Positions 20,301-29,478 of a stretch of 64,000 nt of DNA are shown here, one piece after another (positions within the stretch are counted from its first letter, which is position 1; every line of letters starts with the position of its first letter). The translations under genes and the position numbers were made by a program. The DNA is from Clostridia bacterium (GTDB lineage: Bacteria > Bacillota > Clostridia > Oscillospirales > CAG-272). The stretch is taken from positions 33,645-97,644 of the forward strand of contig JAGBTM010000008.1 of the NCBI GenBank assembly GCA_017631325.1, in the 5' to 3' direction. Below the pieces are notes generated by a model, which saw only the letters and a list, made by a program, of their open reading frames with translations, was not told where the DNA came from and searched no databases.

Positions 20301-20845
20301 TCGTCGTCAAGGCCGTGGCTTTGAACCTCAAGGTAGAAATCGTCCCCGAAAATTGATTTAAATTCAAGGGCGCACGCTTCTGCCTCGGTCATGCTTCCTG
20401 CTAAAATGAGCTGCGGAATTTTTCCCGCAACGCAGCCCGAAAGCGCAATAAGTCCCTCACTGTGAGCGCGTATTAGGTCCATATCAACTCTAGGACGCGA
20501 GTAAAATCCGTCGGTAAAGCTCTCTGATACCATATAGCATAGGTTCTTGTAGCCTATTTCATTTTTGCAGAGCAAAACGAGGTGATTTCCCGAGGAGTCC
20601 TGCTTACCCTCTTTATCAAATCTCGTTCTTCTGGCTACGTATACCTCGCAGCCTATAATAGGCTTTACACCCTTTTTCCTAAGAGCCTCGTAAAATTCCA
20701 CAACACCGTACATAACTCCGTGGTCGGTTATCGCTACGGCATTCTGCCCCTCGGCTATTGCTTTGTCTGCAATGGAGGAAATTTTTGTAGCTCCGTCAAG
20801 CAGGCTGTATTCTGTATGAAGATGTAAATGAACGAACTGCCCCAT
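17363..20845 (-). CDS. dnaE: DNA polymerase III alpha subunit (DnaE type)
   Basis: The 1160-aa product has an N-terminal PHP domain (HLHLHTEYSLLDG), a Pol III alpha core and a C-terminal OB fold. An SD (AAGGAG) lies upstream. Confidence 0.96.
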   Translation of the reverse strand: MGQFVHLHLHTEYSLLDGATKISSIADKAIAEGQNAVAITDHGVMYGVVEFYEALRKKGVKPIIGCEVYVARRTRFDKEGKQDSSGNHLVLLCKNEIGYKNLCYMVSESFTDGFYSRPRVDMDLIRAHSEGLIALSGCVAGKIPQLILAGSMTEAEACALEFKSIFGDDFYLEVQSHGLDDERKVAYGIRLISEKCDIPMVATNDVHYLERQDADMQATLMCIQTNTSVSEGRPMGFETDEFYFKSTREMQNLFASFKGAVENTVVIADKCNFDFEFDKLHLPDFTSGDGKDHATALRDNAYIGFERLIASGRIDFSRHAREEYEARIEYELSVIDKMGFNAYFLIVSDFVAFAKKSGIPVGPGRGSGAGSLVAFLVSITDVDPLEFDLLFERFLNPERVSMPDFDIDFCYNRREEVIEYVKEKYGEDKVAQIVTFGTLAPRAAVRDVGRAFDMPYGKVDTIAKLIPRECLSIESAINTKELKKLYTEDPEVKRLLDMSMELEGMPRHASTHAAGVVITERPTYEYVPLSYSGTGVVTQFDMNTDARLGLVKFDFLGLRYLTVINDAERSVREKNPDFDITKIPLNDEKTFELLRNSQTDGVFQLESGGMKQVLSKLLPTCLEDIIACIALYRPGPMDSIDTFIARKHGEESIVYTTPALKSILEVTYGCIVYQEQVMQICRLLAGYSYAKADNVRRAMSKKKTDAMQAERAAFIDGCVDNGVSTEAAEKIFDEMVGFAKYAFNKSHATAYGIISYRTAYLKAHYPAEYFSALLTSVLDNTAKVKEYIADAQRFGVSVLSPDINTSKENFSVSGNSIRFGLLAVKNVGRIFAEALINERKKGDFKSFYDFVSRMTGSDINKRTVEFMIKCGAFDSLSVPRSSLISCYENIIDSEHDKIRNNISGQLDLFSLAVSGSASGEFEYPKLEEFSLKELLLLEKESSGMYFSGHMIDNYSKHIATVAHDEIADILQDLSEDAADTPDRRYNDRDKVSVVGMVISKRTKITKSGDTMAFLKIEDKYSEIEILVFARQYKQYSDILSEDAALLIEGTVSVEEGEAPKILLSSATLLESNADFELRKKVNSQPLSPEKRLFVKVASLSDKRIDTLYRISALNRGNAQIVLYDESTKKYSALKGALVDPSDKVISKLSSLFSPENVILK

Positions 20846-20911
20846 TGTAGACTCCTTTCTTTATCTTGGTGGTTTTAGTTACATTAGACACCGGAGAGTG
20901 CGCGTTTATAT

Positions 20912-21796
20912 TTAAGCTTTTCTGCCCTCGAGGAGCTGAGCGCCTATTTCCATAATCCTTTTAAGTCTGTGCGAGAGGCCCGGCTTTGAAATCTTAGGCA
21001 CCGAAATAGCCGACAGCTGAGAGAGTGTAAGGTCAGCATGCTCCATTCTGAGCCTTGCCGTAGCCTCAAGCTCCTCGGGAAGCGAGGATAACAAATTCGC
21101 CTTATCAAGCTCCATAATTATTACCAGCTGGCGTCTTGCCGCATCGACTGCCTTGGTGATGTTTCGCGTCTCGCAATTTGCAACTCGCATAACACCCTTT
21201 CTGATGTCAGCGGCCGCCTTTGCGTCCATAAAGGTGAACATCGCCTGATTAAGCCTTGCGAAGCCGAAAAAGTCCTCAATATCCGAGCCCACTCTGACAT
21301 AGACGAGCCTCTCGGATTTTCTCTCGTATATTTTGCCTCTGATACCAAGGCCTGATAAAAATTCGAGCAGCATCTCACATCTTTCCCCAAGCGAAAACTC
21401 AAGGGAAAATTGCTTCTCGGGGCTTGAAACTCTGCCTGAGGCAAGAAAAAGCCCCCTAAGAAATGACGGAAGACAAAAATCGCACTTATCTACTAAATAA
21501 TCCCCACCGCACTTAAGCTCCGATACGTATTTCGCAAGCGATTTTGACCTGAATGACACAAGATAGCGCCTGCCACCGTTGTGCGCTGTTGAAATCTCGC
21601 CCTCAGCAGAAAAAAGCTCCTTTGCCAAATTAGAAATAAACTCGGCATACTGACACTTCTCAACAGCTATGGTAACGTACTCGCCATCGGCCACACCCTT
21701 GGCAAGAGCGACGCCGTAGAGTAACGCACGCTTACAGCACGGGGATTTATATATTTGACTGATTATAAAGTCCTTTTGCGTAGAGGAAAAAGACAT
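20912..21796 (-). CDS. whiA: DNA-binding protein WhiA
   Basis: The 294-aa product has degenerate LAGLIDADG-like repeats (LRGLFLASG) and a C-terminal HTH (LSQLSAISVPKISKPGLSHRLKRI). Confidence 0.93.
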   Translation of the reverse strand: MSFSSTQKDFIISQIYKSPCCKRALLYGVALAKGVADGEYVTIAVEKCQYAEFISNLAKELFSAEGEISTAHNGGRRYLVSFRSKSLAKYVSELKCGGDYLVDKCDFCLPSFLRGLFLASGRVSSPEKQFSLEFSLGERCEMLLEFLSGLGIRGKIYERKSERLVYVRVGSDIEDFFGFARLNQAMFTFMDAKAAADIRKGVMRVANCETRNITKAVDAARRQLVIIMELDKANLLSSLPEELEATARLRMEHADLTLSQLSAISVPKISKPGLSHRLKRIMEIGAQLLEGRKA

Positions 21797-21814
21797 ATAT
21801 CCTCCTGATTTTTA

Positions 21815-22708
21815 CTAGAAAATTTCTATTTCAGGCTCGAGTAAGAGTGAAAATTCGTCATACACTCTTCTTCGCACAAGCTCCATAAGAGAGACGTAGT
21901 CCTCGGCTGTACCGTGGGCCGTGTTTACTATAAAGCCCGCGTGCTTTTCTGATATTTTGACACCGCCGACACCCGTTCCCTTTAATCCGCATCTATCTAT
22001 AAGCTCTGCGGCATAAGCGCCCCTCGGACGCTTAAAGGTGCTGCCAAGTGACCTCTCGGCCGTCGGTTGAGTATCAATGCGCCTTCGAGAAAACTCTCTC
22101 ATTCGCTCACCCACGTCAAAGTTGGCTTTAGAAAGCCTGAATTTTGCCGACAAAATAACGTAGCGCCCCGTCTGAAATATACTGTGCCGATAGGAAAAAT
22201 CGCACTCGTCGGCGCATAGCTTGATAAGCTGTCCTGAAACTTTATCAAGAGCTCTCACCGTTTCCAAGACGTCTGATACCTCGGCACCGTATGCACCGGC
22301 GTTCGAAAGAATGGCGCCTCCAACGCTCGCGGGTATTCCCGAAAGCGCTTCAATGCCGCATAAGGCTTGCTCGACGCACAAGGCGCAGAGGCGACGGAGC
22401 GTAGCTCCACACTCGGCGTATACTCCCTCCGATGAAAACTCTATACGGGAAATATCTGCCGTCGCTATAATTACAAAGTCACAAGCCTTGTCGGTAAACA
22501 GAATGTTTGTCATTCTGCCTACGATTTTATATTGAATTTCAAATTTATGTAGATATTCAACGAGAGAAACAAGCTGCTCTGTACTGCTTGGATATACAAG
22601 CAGCGGTACAGTCGGACCTATTCCTACCGAAGATAGAATTTTGAGATTTACACGTTCCTTGTATTTAAAATCCTTCTCTTTAAGAAAATCAAAGAGCAAG
22701 CTGAACAC
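21815..22708 (-). CDS. murB: UDP-N-acetylenolpyruvoylglucosamine reductase MurB
   Basis: The product has an FAD-binding PCMH domain and a C-terminal motif RSLGSTFKRP. The track ORF starts at 22720 (GTG) with no SD. I prefer the in-frame GTG at 22708, which is preceded by GAGG-tttttt. The start remains uncertain. Confidence 0.88.
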   Translation of the reverse strand: MFSLLFDFLKEKDFKYKERVNLKILSSVGIGPTVPLLVYPSSTEQLVSLVEYLHKFEIQYKIVGRMTNILFTDKACDFVIIATADISRIEFSSEGVYAECGATLRRLCALCVEQALCGIEALSGIPASVGGAILSNAGAYGAEVSDVLETVRALDKVSGQLIKLCADECDFSYRHSIFQTGRYVILSAKFRLSKANFDVGERMREFSRRRIDTQPTAERSLGSTFKRPRGAYAAELIDRCGLKGTGVGGVKISEKHAGFIVNTAHGTAEDYVSLMELVRRRVYDEFSLLLEPEIEIF

Positions 22709-22725
22709 AAAAAACCTCACAATCT

Positions 22726-22846
22726 TATATTAATGCACTGGCTATTTTTTTATATTAATGCATCTATTATTTTTACATCTTGAGCCGTTTTTTTATTTCG
22801 CGCAGCGTTTTATATTAGTGCCCAATTGTTTTATGCTAATAAACAA
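22726..22846. repeat. Degenerate tandem units (18-25 nt) in the recN-murB spacer
   Basis: TATATTAATGCA occurs at 22726 and 22751 (25-nt period) and TATATTAGTGCC at 22811. Each unit ends in a T-run. Confidence 0.7.
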
Positions 22847-24532
22847 CTATCCTCTCTCGGATAGCATATCGACCGCGGCAGCGCGCTGAGCGTCGGTGAC
22901 GTCAATACCACCGAGTATTCTTGAAATCTCGGCTACTCTTCCGTCGTAATCAAGCTCGCGCACGCTTGTTTCGGTTGCGCCGTTTACGTCGCTCTTGCTA
23001 ATGAGGAAATGAGTGTCGCCAAGAGATGCTATCTGTGCGCTGTGGGTTACGCAGAAGAGCTGAGAAACCGAAGAAAGCTCGTGCATTTTAATACCGATTT
23101 TTCGCGCGGTTTTGCCCGATACACCGGCGTCGATTTCGTCGTAAATAACGGTGGGAACACCGTCCTTATCAGCAATAACGCTCTTAAGAGCAAGCATTAT
23201 ACGTGAAAGCTCACCGCCCGATGCGATTTTTGAAATAGGCTGAGCCTCGGCCCCTCGGTTTGCGCTGATATAAAATTCAACGCTATCGTATCCGTCCCTT
23301 GAAAGCTCTTTCCTTTCTCCAAAGGCTTGCTCCTTAAGAGAAACGAAGAACACGACCTTTGGCATGTCAAGAAACTCGAGCGTTTCCTTTACCTTAGCCT
23401 CAAGCTCCTTTATGACTGCGCACCTGCCCTCGTGGAGCCGGTCCGCAAGCTCGAGAGCCTCGCGATAAGCAACCTCTTCCTTTTGCTCAAGGGATTTTAT
23501 GAGAGCATCGGAGTTCTCTATCTCGGAAAGCTCCTCTGCTGCCCTTTGTCTGAACTCGAGAACCGCGCTGACGGTAAGGCCGTATTTTCTTTTGAGCCTT
23601 GAAATCTTATCAAGCCTTGATTCTATCTCGTTGAGCGCCTTTTCGGGATTATCGGCCGCATCGTCAATAACGGCGTACACCTCCTCGGCAATATCGTCAA
23701 CCTGATAGAGAATGTCCCTGAGCCTTTCAGCATATTCCTGATAGCTCACAACAACGTCGCTTATCTGCGAAAGGGCCGTAATACTCCTGTCTATTAGGTA
23801 GGAAACTCCCCCCTTTTCGCTTCCCTTTAAGGCTTTGAAAACGAATTCCGAATTTTTAATTATTTTTTCGCTGTTTTTAATCTTAACCTTTTTCTCAACC
23901 AGCTCCTCCTCCTCGCCCTCGTGGGGAGAAACAGCGTCGATATCCTTAATCTGATACTCGAGGATTTCCTTAAGCCTTTCGCCCTCGCGCGCCTTTTCGG
24001 AAACGTCTTTAATACGCGCTCTGATTTCGCAAAGGCGGGCAAACGACTGCTCGTACTCGGCTCTCTGTGTCTGTATAGATGCGTACGTATCAACGATCTC
24101 TATATGATTTTTGGTATCAATGAGCGCTGCGGTATCGCTCTGGCCGTGTATCGTTACCAGAAGAGGTGTAACCGATTTAAGAAGCGAGAGACTGATGCTT
24201 CTGCCGTTAAGATTAATTTTACTTTTGCCGTCGTCCGTGAGTATGCGCTGAACGAATACGCACCCTTCCTCGTCAGGCAGGACGCCAAGGTCCGAGAGCT
24301 TCGCATTGACGGTATCCGAGAAATTACCAAAAAGTCCACTTACCGTGGCGATATGCTCTCCGCTTCTGATAAGCTCTCGCTCAGCCTTAGCGCCAAGCAA
24401 AAGGTTGATACTGTCAATAATAACCGATTTTCCTGCACCCGTTTCACCTGTAAGGACCATAAAGCCTCGTGAAAAGCTGAAATCCACGCTTTTTATAACG
24501 GCTATATTTTCTATATGCAAGGATAGTAACAT
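22847..24532 (-). CDS. recN: DNA repair protein RecN
   Basis: The 561-aa SMC-like product has Walker A GETGAGKS, a long coiled coil and the signature SGGELSRIMLALK. Confidence 0.96.
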   Translation of the reverse strand: MLLSLHIENIAVIKSVDFSFSRGFMVLTGETGAGKSVIIDSINLLLGAKAERELIRSGEHIATVSGLFGNFSDTVNAKLSDLGVLPDEEGCVFVQRILTDDGKSKINLNGRSISLSLLKSVTPLLVTIHGQSDTAALIDTKNHIEIVDTYASIQTQRAEYEQSFARLCEIRARIKDVSEKAREGERLKEILEYQIKDIDAVSPHEGEEEELVEKKVKIKNSEKIIKNSEFVFKALKGSEKGGVSYLIDRSITALSQISDVVVSYQEYAERLRDILYQVDDIAEEVYAVIDDAADNPEKALNEIESRLDKISRLKRKYGLTVSAVLEFRQRAAEELSEIENSDALIKSLEQKEEVAYREALELADRLHEGRCAVIKELEAKVKETLEFLDMPKVVFFVSLKEQAFGERKELSRDGYDSVEFYISANRGAEAQPISKIASGGELSRIMLALKSVIADKDGVPTVIYDEIDAGVSGKTARKIGIKMHELSSVSQLFCVTHSAQIASLGDTHFLISKSDVNGATETSVRELDYDGRVAEISRILGGIDVTDAQRAAAVDMLSERG

Positions 24533-24569
24533 AAAAATCTCCGTAGCGTAATTTTACGCTGAAAATATT

Positions 24570-25025
24570 TTATTTTTTGCCAAAGGTTCCCTTGAGGGTG
24601 TCTGCAAGGCTGTCGGCTATCTCACTCGTCTTTGCTACGAGGAGAATGGTGTCGTCACCTGCAACGCTACCAACGATTTTGTCGTGGAAAAGCGAGTCAA
24701 CGCACACAGCTATTGCATTTGCCATACCCGGAAAGGTCTTTACTACTACTATATTGCACGCTGTGTCTATCTCGGTAACCGAGTCGGTTATGGCAGAATT
24801 GAGCACGGGAACCGTGCTGTCGCGTCTGAGCTCGGGAGCAACGTATTTGTAGGTGCCCTTTGCAGTAACACCCTTTACGAGATTTAGCTGCTTGATATCT
24901 CTTGAGACGGTGGTCTGAGTAACGGTATAGCCTGCCTCGGATAGCTTTGCTATAAGGGTCTCCTGAGTATCAATATCGTACTCCTTGATAAGCTCGAGTA
25001 TTTTCTGCTGTCTTGAGTTCTTCAT
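24570..25025 (-). CDS. argR: Arginine repressor
   Basis: The 151-aa product has an N-terminal winged helix (QQKILELIKEYDIDTQETL) and a C-terminal oligomerisation domain (GSVAGDDTILLV). Confidence 0.93.
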   Translation of the reverse strand: MKNSRQQKILELIKEYDIDTQETLIAKLSEAGYTVTQTTVSRDIKQLNLVKGVTAKGTYKYVAPELRRDSTVPVLNSAITDSVTEIDTACNIVVVKTFPGMANAIAVCVDSLFHDKIVGSVAGDDTILLVAKTSEIADSLADTLKGTFGKK

Positions 25026-25079
25026 ATTTATACTTCCTTACGTTTTTTATGCTGATTTAACAATGATTTGACGCTTGAT

Positions 25080-25934
25080 TTAATACTGGTTTTCGAAAAA
25101 CTTGATTTTTCTGAACAAGGTAGCGAACATATTGCTTTCGCTGAACGTTATCATTTTAAGATTATGCAATGAGCGGTAGGTTCTGCACGACTCTCCCCGT
25201 TTAATAACAGCAAAGCCTCTGCCGTCAAGAGATACGTTGAGCGGCGTCTCTCCCGTATTTATTACGGTTATGCGTTCGTCCGGCTCGTAAACTATCGAGC
25301 GATTAAAGAAGGAATGCGGGCACACCGGAGTTACAGTTATGGAATTAAGGTTATGCGCAATTACGGGGCCGCCTGCCGATAACGAATAGGCAGTAGAGCC
25401 AACCGGTGTTGCTAAAATAACGCCGTTAGCACGGTAGTTGACCTCCTCGCCTCTGCCGTTACGCACGCAGAATGCGGCAATACCGAGGTCTCTGTCCTGC
25501 GATATCACAACGTCGTTCACAGCCAGATGCTCCGAGCGCAAAATCTCTCCACTCTCGGAAACAAGCTCGGCACAAAGAAGCATTTTGCTCTCGACCGTAT
25601 ACTCTCCGCTGACGAGACGGCTAAGAGTTGGCAGTGCGTCAGGCTCAAGCTCGCTCAAATAACCAACCTTACCGAGATTTACACCGAGAAGCGGAATATC
25701 AAGCTTGATAGCAACGGCCGAAGCGTCGATGACCGAGCCATCGCCTCCGACTACTATTATCATATCGGCATCAGATGGCAGCTCCGTATAATACGTGAGA
25801 CCGTCAGCGACTATCTCAAACGAGGCGTCAACGTAAGCCGAAATACCGAGTGTGTTAAGCATGGATATAATTTTATGTGTAACCGCTAAGCCCCCGTCCC
25901 TTGTGGGATTGGGGATAACTATTATTTTCTTCAT
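25080..25934 (-). CDS. nadK: NAD kinase
   Basis: The 284-aa product has GGDGS (VVGGDGSVI) and an NE/D motif region (LAVNDVVI). Confidence 0.93.
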   Translation of the reverse strand: MKKIIVIPNPTRDGGLAVTHKIISMLNTLGISAYVDASFEIVADGLTYYTELPSDADMIIVVGGDGSVIDASAVAIKLDIPLLGVNLGKVGYLSELEPDALPTLSRLVSGEYTVESKMLLCAELVSESGEILRSEHLAVNDVVISQDRDLGIAAFCVRNGRGEEVNYRANGVILATPVGSTAYSLSAGGPVIAHNLNSITVTPVCPHSFFNRSIVYEPDERITVINTGETPLNVSLDGRGFAVIKRGESCRTYRSLHNLKMITFSESNMFATLFRKIKFFENQY

Positions 25935-26662
25935 TTTGTTTCACCTTTTTTGAAATGAACGAGATATTCGATATTACCGTCTCCGCCCTCGATAGGCGAC
26001 AGCATAGTACCTAAGACGGAAAATCCCGTATCTCTGGCAAAGTCGCAAACGCGTGCGAGCGCATTCTCGCGCAGGCTCGCGGACTTAACGATACCGCCTT
26101 TTCCAAGGCCGGACTTACCTACCTCGAACTGAGGCTTTACGAGACAGACGAAGTCTCCGTTATCGGCAAGGCACTCGTAAATTCTTGGAATTATCAGTGT
26201 TGCCGAAATAAACGACACGTCCATCACGGCAAAATCGGGGATGTATTCAATATCCTCAGGAGAAAGATTTCTTGCGTTAAAATTCTCTACAACCGTTACC
26301 CGTGCATCGCACCGAAGCGCCTCAACAAGCTGACCAGAGCCCGAGTCGATAGCTACTACGTGCCTTGCGCCTCTTTGCAAAAGGCAGTCGGTAAAGCCGC
26401 CCGAGGACGCTCCGACGTCTATTGCAGATTTACCCTCAGGAGAAAGCCCGAAATTATCGAGCGCACCCTCGAGCTTAAGTCCGCCTCGGCTGACGTATTT
26501 TTTAGACGAGGTATCAACCGAAACTTTAGCGTCCGTAACGTCGTATGCAGGCTTGGTTATCACTCTGCCGTCTACCGTAACGGCACCCGAGGTAATATAC
26601 CCCTTTGCTTCGGTACGGCTGAGTGTCAGTCCGTTTTCGACAAGATATACGTCAAGTCGCAT
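25931..26662 (-). CDS. tlyA: TlyA-family rRNA 2'-O-methyltransferase
   Basis: The product has an S4 domain followed by an FtsJ-like methyltransferase domain (DVGASSGGFTDCLL). Homolog N-termini favour the MRLDVYLV start at 26662, but the track ORF start at 26686 is also possible. Confidence 0.88.
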   Translation of the reverse strand: MRLDVYLVENGLTLSRTEAKGYITSGAVTVDGRVITKPAYDVTDAKVSVDTSSKKYVSRGGLKLEGALDNFGLSPEGKSAIDVGASSGGFTDCLLQRGARHVVAIDSGSGQLVEALRCDARVTVVENFNARNLSPEDIEYIPDFAVMDVSFISATLIIPRIYECLADNGDFVCLVKPQFEVGKSGLGKGGIVKSASLRENALARVCDFARDTGFSVLGTMLSPIEGGDGNIEYLVHFKKGETK

Positions 26663-26891
26663 CTTCGTCGGTATCAAAGGGCGCATCGGTTACACTGCCG
26701 TCCTTACCCTCTGTCAAAACACGGACCTTGCGCTCTGCGCACTCGAGCTTTTCATTACATATTTTTGCAAGTCTTACGGCATTTTCAAAGGCTGCGAGCG
26801 ACTCGTCGAGCGACATATTACCGCCCTCGAGCGCCGAAACGGCCTCTTCAAGCTTTGCCATAGCAGACTCGAATGTTTCCTTAGTAGCCAT
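26652..26891 (-). CDS. xseB: Exodeoxyribonuclease VII small subunit
   Basis: The 79-aa product carries FESAMAKLEEAVSALEGGNMSLDESLAAFE, typical of XseB. It sits directly after xseA. Confidence 0.92.
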   Translation of the reverse strand: MATKETFESAMAKLEEAVSALEGGNMSLDESLAAFENAVRLAKICNEKLECAERKVRVLTEGKDGSVTDAPFDTDEDAT

Positions 26892-26892
26892 T

Positions 26893-28125
26893 TTATAACT
26901 CCTTTAGCTCCTCGACGGAAGCAGAAAGCTCACCGTCGGAAAGTCTTACCGTTATTTTGTCCCCCAGCGCAACACTGCTACGGGAACGGATTATCTCGTT
27001 ATCCTTAAACGCTATTGAATATCCCCTGCTCATTATCGACAAGGGACTCATAGCGTTTGCCTTCTCGGAATTAAGCGCGAGCGAGGACCTTAGGGAAATG
27101 ATTTTTTCCTTTATAAGCCTCTCGGATTTTTCAAAAAGCTGTTCCAAATCCCTTCTACCGCTTTCGGTAACGGCACGAAGAAGCGCTGAGGGATTTTTCG
27201 ACTTAACTCTCTCAAGTCTTTCCTTAGAGCGTCTTAGGACGTTTTTTAATCCGAGCGTCGCTCTCTCTTCCAAACCCATTACGTTCATTGCGAGCTCACG
27301 GACGTCCGGCACCGCTATCTCAGCCGCGGCCGAGGGCGTAGGCGCTCTCAGGTCTGAAACGAAATCGCAAATAGTAAAATCCGTCTCGTGTCCAACAGCT
27401 GAAATTATAGGAATTTCCGATTTAAAAATACGTCTTGCAAGCCCCTCGTCGTTAAAGGCCCACAAATCCTCAATTGAACCGCCGCCTCGACCTATAATAA
27501 TAAGGTCAACCGACTTCGTTTTGTCAAAATAGTCAACTCCCGCCGTCAAATCGCCTGCCGCTCCCTCACCCTGAACAAGAGCAGGATAGACGTAGACGTC
27601 AGCAAGTGGATAGCGTCTGCCCGTAACGTTTAGAATATCCCTTATCGCCGCACCGGTCGGTGAGGTAATCACACCGATTTTGCGTGGGAGTCTGGGAAGA
27701 GCTCGCTTGTAGGCGCTGTCAAATAAGCCCTCTGCCGTAAGTCTTGCCTTAAGCTGCTCGTAGGCGAGGTAAAGAGCTCCTACTCCGTCGGGCTCCATAG
27801 TGGATACGTACATCTGATACGAGCCGTCGCGCACGTAGACACTAACCGAGCCGTGAACTGTAACCTTCATACCCGACTCGGGCGAGAACCTAAGCCTACC
27901 GGCGCTTGTTCGAAACATTACGGCCTTTATCTGTCCTGTCTCGTCCTTAAGCGAAAAGTAAAGATGCCCAGAGGTGTGACGCGTAAAATTGGATATTTCA
28001 CCCTTTACACTGACAGCCGTGAGGGTTCTGTTACTCTCGAAAATATTCTTGATATAAGTGTTAAGCTCGGAGACGGTAAAGGCATCCGGCTTTACCCTCT
28101 CGCGCAGCGAATTTATATCCATCAA
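26893..28125 (-). CDS. xseA: Exodeoxyribonuclease VII large subunit
   Basis: The 410-aa product has an N-terminal OB fold (VSVKGEISNF...GHLYFSLKD), a catalytic core (GRGGGSIEDLWAFN) and a C-terminal coiled coil. Confidence 0.95.
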   Translation of the reverse strand: MMDINSLRERVKPDAFTVSELNTYIKNIFESNRTLTAVSVKGEISNFTRHTSGHLYFSLKDETGQIKAVMFRTSAGRLRFSPESGMKVTVHGSVSVYVRDGSYQMYVSTMEPDGVGALYLAYEQLKARLTAEGLFDSAYKRALPRLPRKIGVITSPTGAAIRDILNVTGRRYPLADVYVYPALVQGEGAAGDLTAGVDYFDKTKSVDLIIIGRGGGSIEDLWAFNDEGLARRIFKSEIPIISAVGHETDFTICDFVSDLRAPTPSAAAEIAVPDVRELAMNVMGLEERATLGLKNVLRRSKERLERVKSKNPSALLRAVTESGRRDLEQLFEKSERLIKEKIISLRSSLALNSEKANAMSPLSIMSRGYSIAFKDNEIIRSRSSVALGDKITVRLSDGELSASVEELKEL

Positions 28126-29087
28126 GTATTCTCCATTTTGTATTTTTGCATAGCAAGAGCCGCCGTACCTACGGCGTTGTCAGCCGACATCGAGGGCTCT
28201 GCAAAATATGCCTCTCTGCCTCTTGAGACCATGGATTTAATTATAGAATTGCACATAACACCTCCTGCAAACAAGAACGGCGCCTCGCCGTACTGCACGG
28301 TGTATTCGTCCAAAATCTTAGATATGGCGCGGCCGATATAATCCAAGACAAAATGAGCCGTATAGGCTCTGTCCTCGGTCTCCTTATAGAGCCTTATCGC
28401 CATGTTTTCAACACCCGAAAAATTAACGTAGGTAGAGCTTGTGGCAAGCTTCGTTTTAGGAAGCGGTCTTGTGTTCTCAAGTGCAAGCCTCTCTAAATGC
28501 GCACCGGCAGGAAACGGCAGGCCGAGATAAACTCCCACTCTGTCAATTATCTGTCCTGCGGCGAGGTCCCTTGTGCCACCGCATATATCGGCGACGAACT
28601 GTCCGCTCTGATATTTCACACGGACAAGCTCGGTGGTTCCACCGGAAAGATGCAGGGCCGCAAATTCTCGCTCCAGCAAATCGAATTTTCCTGCCGAATA
28701 AAGCGCTGCCATTATATGTCCGCACTGGTGGGAAAAGGTGTATAGCGGTACACCCATAAGCGCAGATGCGCTCTCCGCCGCACTCACTCCCGCAAGAAAA
28801 CAAGGCATATACGAGCCCTCTTGATTTCTCGGGCGCGTGCTTACGCCTACGGCAAGAGGTGTATACTCGGAAAGGTATTTGCCGGCCTCTCTCATAAGAT
28901 TAGGTATATTCACGGTGTGATTAAAAAGCGCGTCTGACTGTCTAAGTCCGCGTTCACCCTGCTTGACGGCAAGAGGGCGCTTGAGATTTGCCACGAGCGT
29001 ACCGTCCCCGTCGATTATTGCAATCGAGGTTGTATAATTGCTCGTGTCAATACCAATGAATGCGCCCTTAGCCATTGTTAGCTTCAA
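28122..29087 (-). CDS. TsaD/Kae1 (peptidase M22, ASKHA-fold) family protein, divergent paralog
   Basis: The 321-aa product has GIDTSNYTTSIAI (compare GIETSCDET in TsaD), an HxxxH pair (SHQCGH), and the C-terminal motifs GGVMCN and SADNA. Confidence 0.72.
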   Translation of the reverse strand: MKLTMAKGAFIGIDTSNYTTSIAIIDGDGTLVANLKRPLAVKQGERGLRQSDALFNHTVNIPNLMREAGKYLSEYTPLAVGVSTRPRNQEGSYMPCFLAGVSAAESASALMGVPLYTFSHQCGHIMAALYSAGKFDLLEREFAALHLSGGTTELVRVKYQSGQFVADICGGTRDLAAGQIIDRVGVYLGLPFPAGAHLERLALENTRPLPKTKLATSSTYVNFSGVENMAIRLYKETEDRAYTAHFVLDYIGRAISKILDEYTVQYGEAPFLFAGGVMCNSIIKSMVSRGREAYFAEPSMSADNAVGTAALAMQKYKMENT

Positions 29088-29478
29088 GCTCCTTCGACAC
29101 TCCGTTAAGCACTCCGTTTACAAACGAATAGGATTTCTCGTCGTCATATTTTTTAGATAGCTCGATAGCCTCGTTTATAGAAACGCGAGAGGGGATATCC
29201 TCCATAAACATCATTTCGTAAACGGCAAGGCGAATGACGGCTCTGGAAACGGGCGAAATTCTCTCCTTTTTCCAGCCTACCGTGTGCTTTGATGAGTACT
29301 GCTCTATAATCTCTCTGTTTTCCTCAGAGCCGAAGAATACCTGCTTTACGTAGCCATCGTATTCAAGGCCTCGCACCTCGGTTGCCTTCTGGAAAATTTC
29401 CTCTGCCGTTTCGTCACTTTTGCATATTCTCTCAAAAATAAGGATAAACGTATTTTCTCTTGCTGTCTTTCTTTGCAT
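29068..29478 (-). CDS. nusB: Transcription antitermination factor NusB
   Basis: The 136-aa product begins RKTARENTFILIFE and contains the NusB core RVSINEAIELSKKY. Confidence 0.93.
   Translation of the reverse strand: MQRKTARENTFILIFERICKSDETAEEIFQKATEVRGLEYDGYVKQVFFGSEENREIIEQYSSKHTVGWKKERISPVSRAVIRLAVYEMMFMEDIPSRVSINEAIELSKKYDDEKSYSFVNGVLNGVSKELEANNG

Noticed and set aside
24533-24569. Search for SOS (Cheo, GAAC-N4-GTTC) boxes upstream of recN, and also upstream of ruvA, recG and dnaE.
   Set aside because: I found no match to CGAAC-N4-GTTCG by eye in these upstream regions, so no LexA site is claimed. A PWM scan would be needed to be certain.
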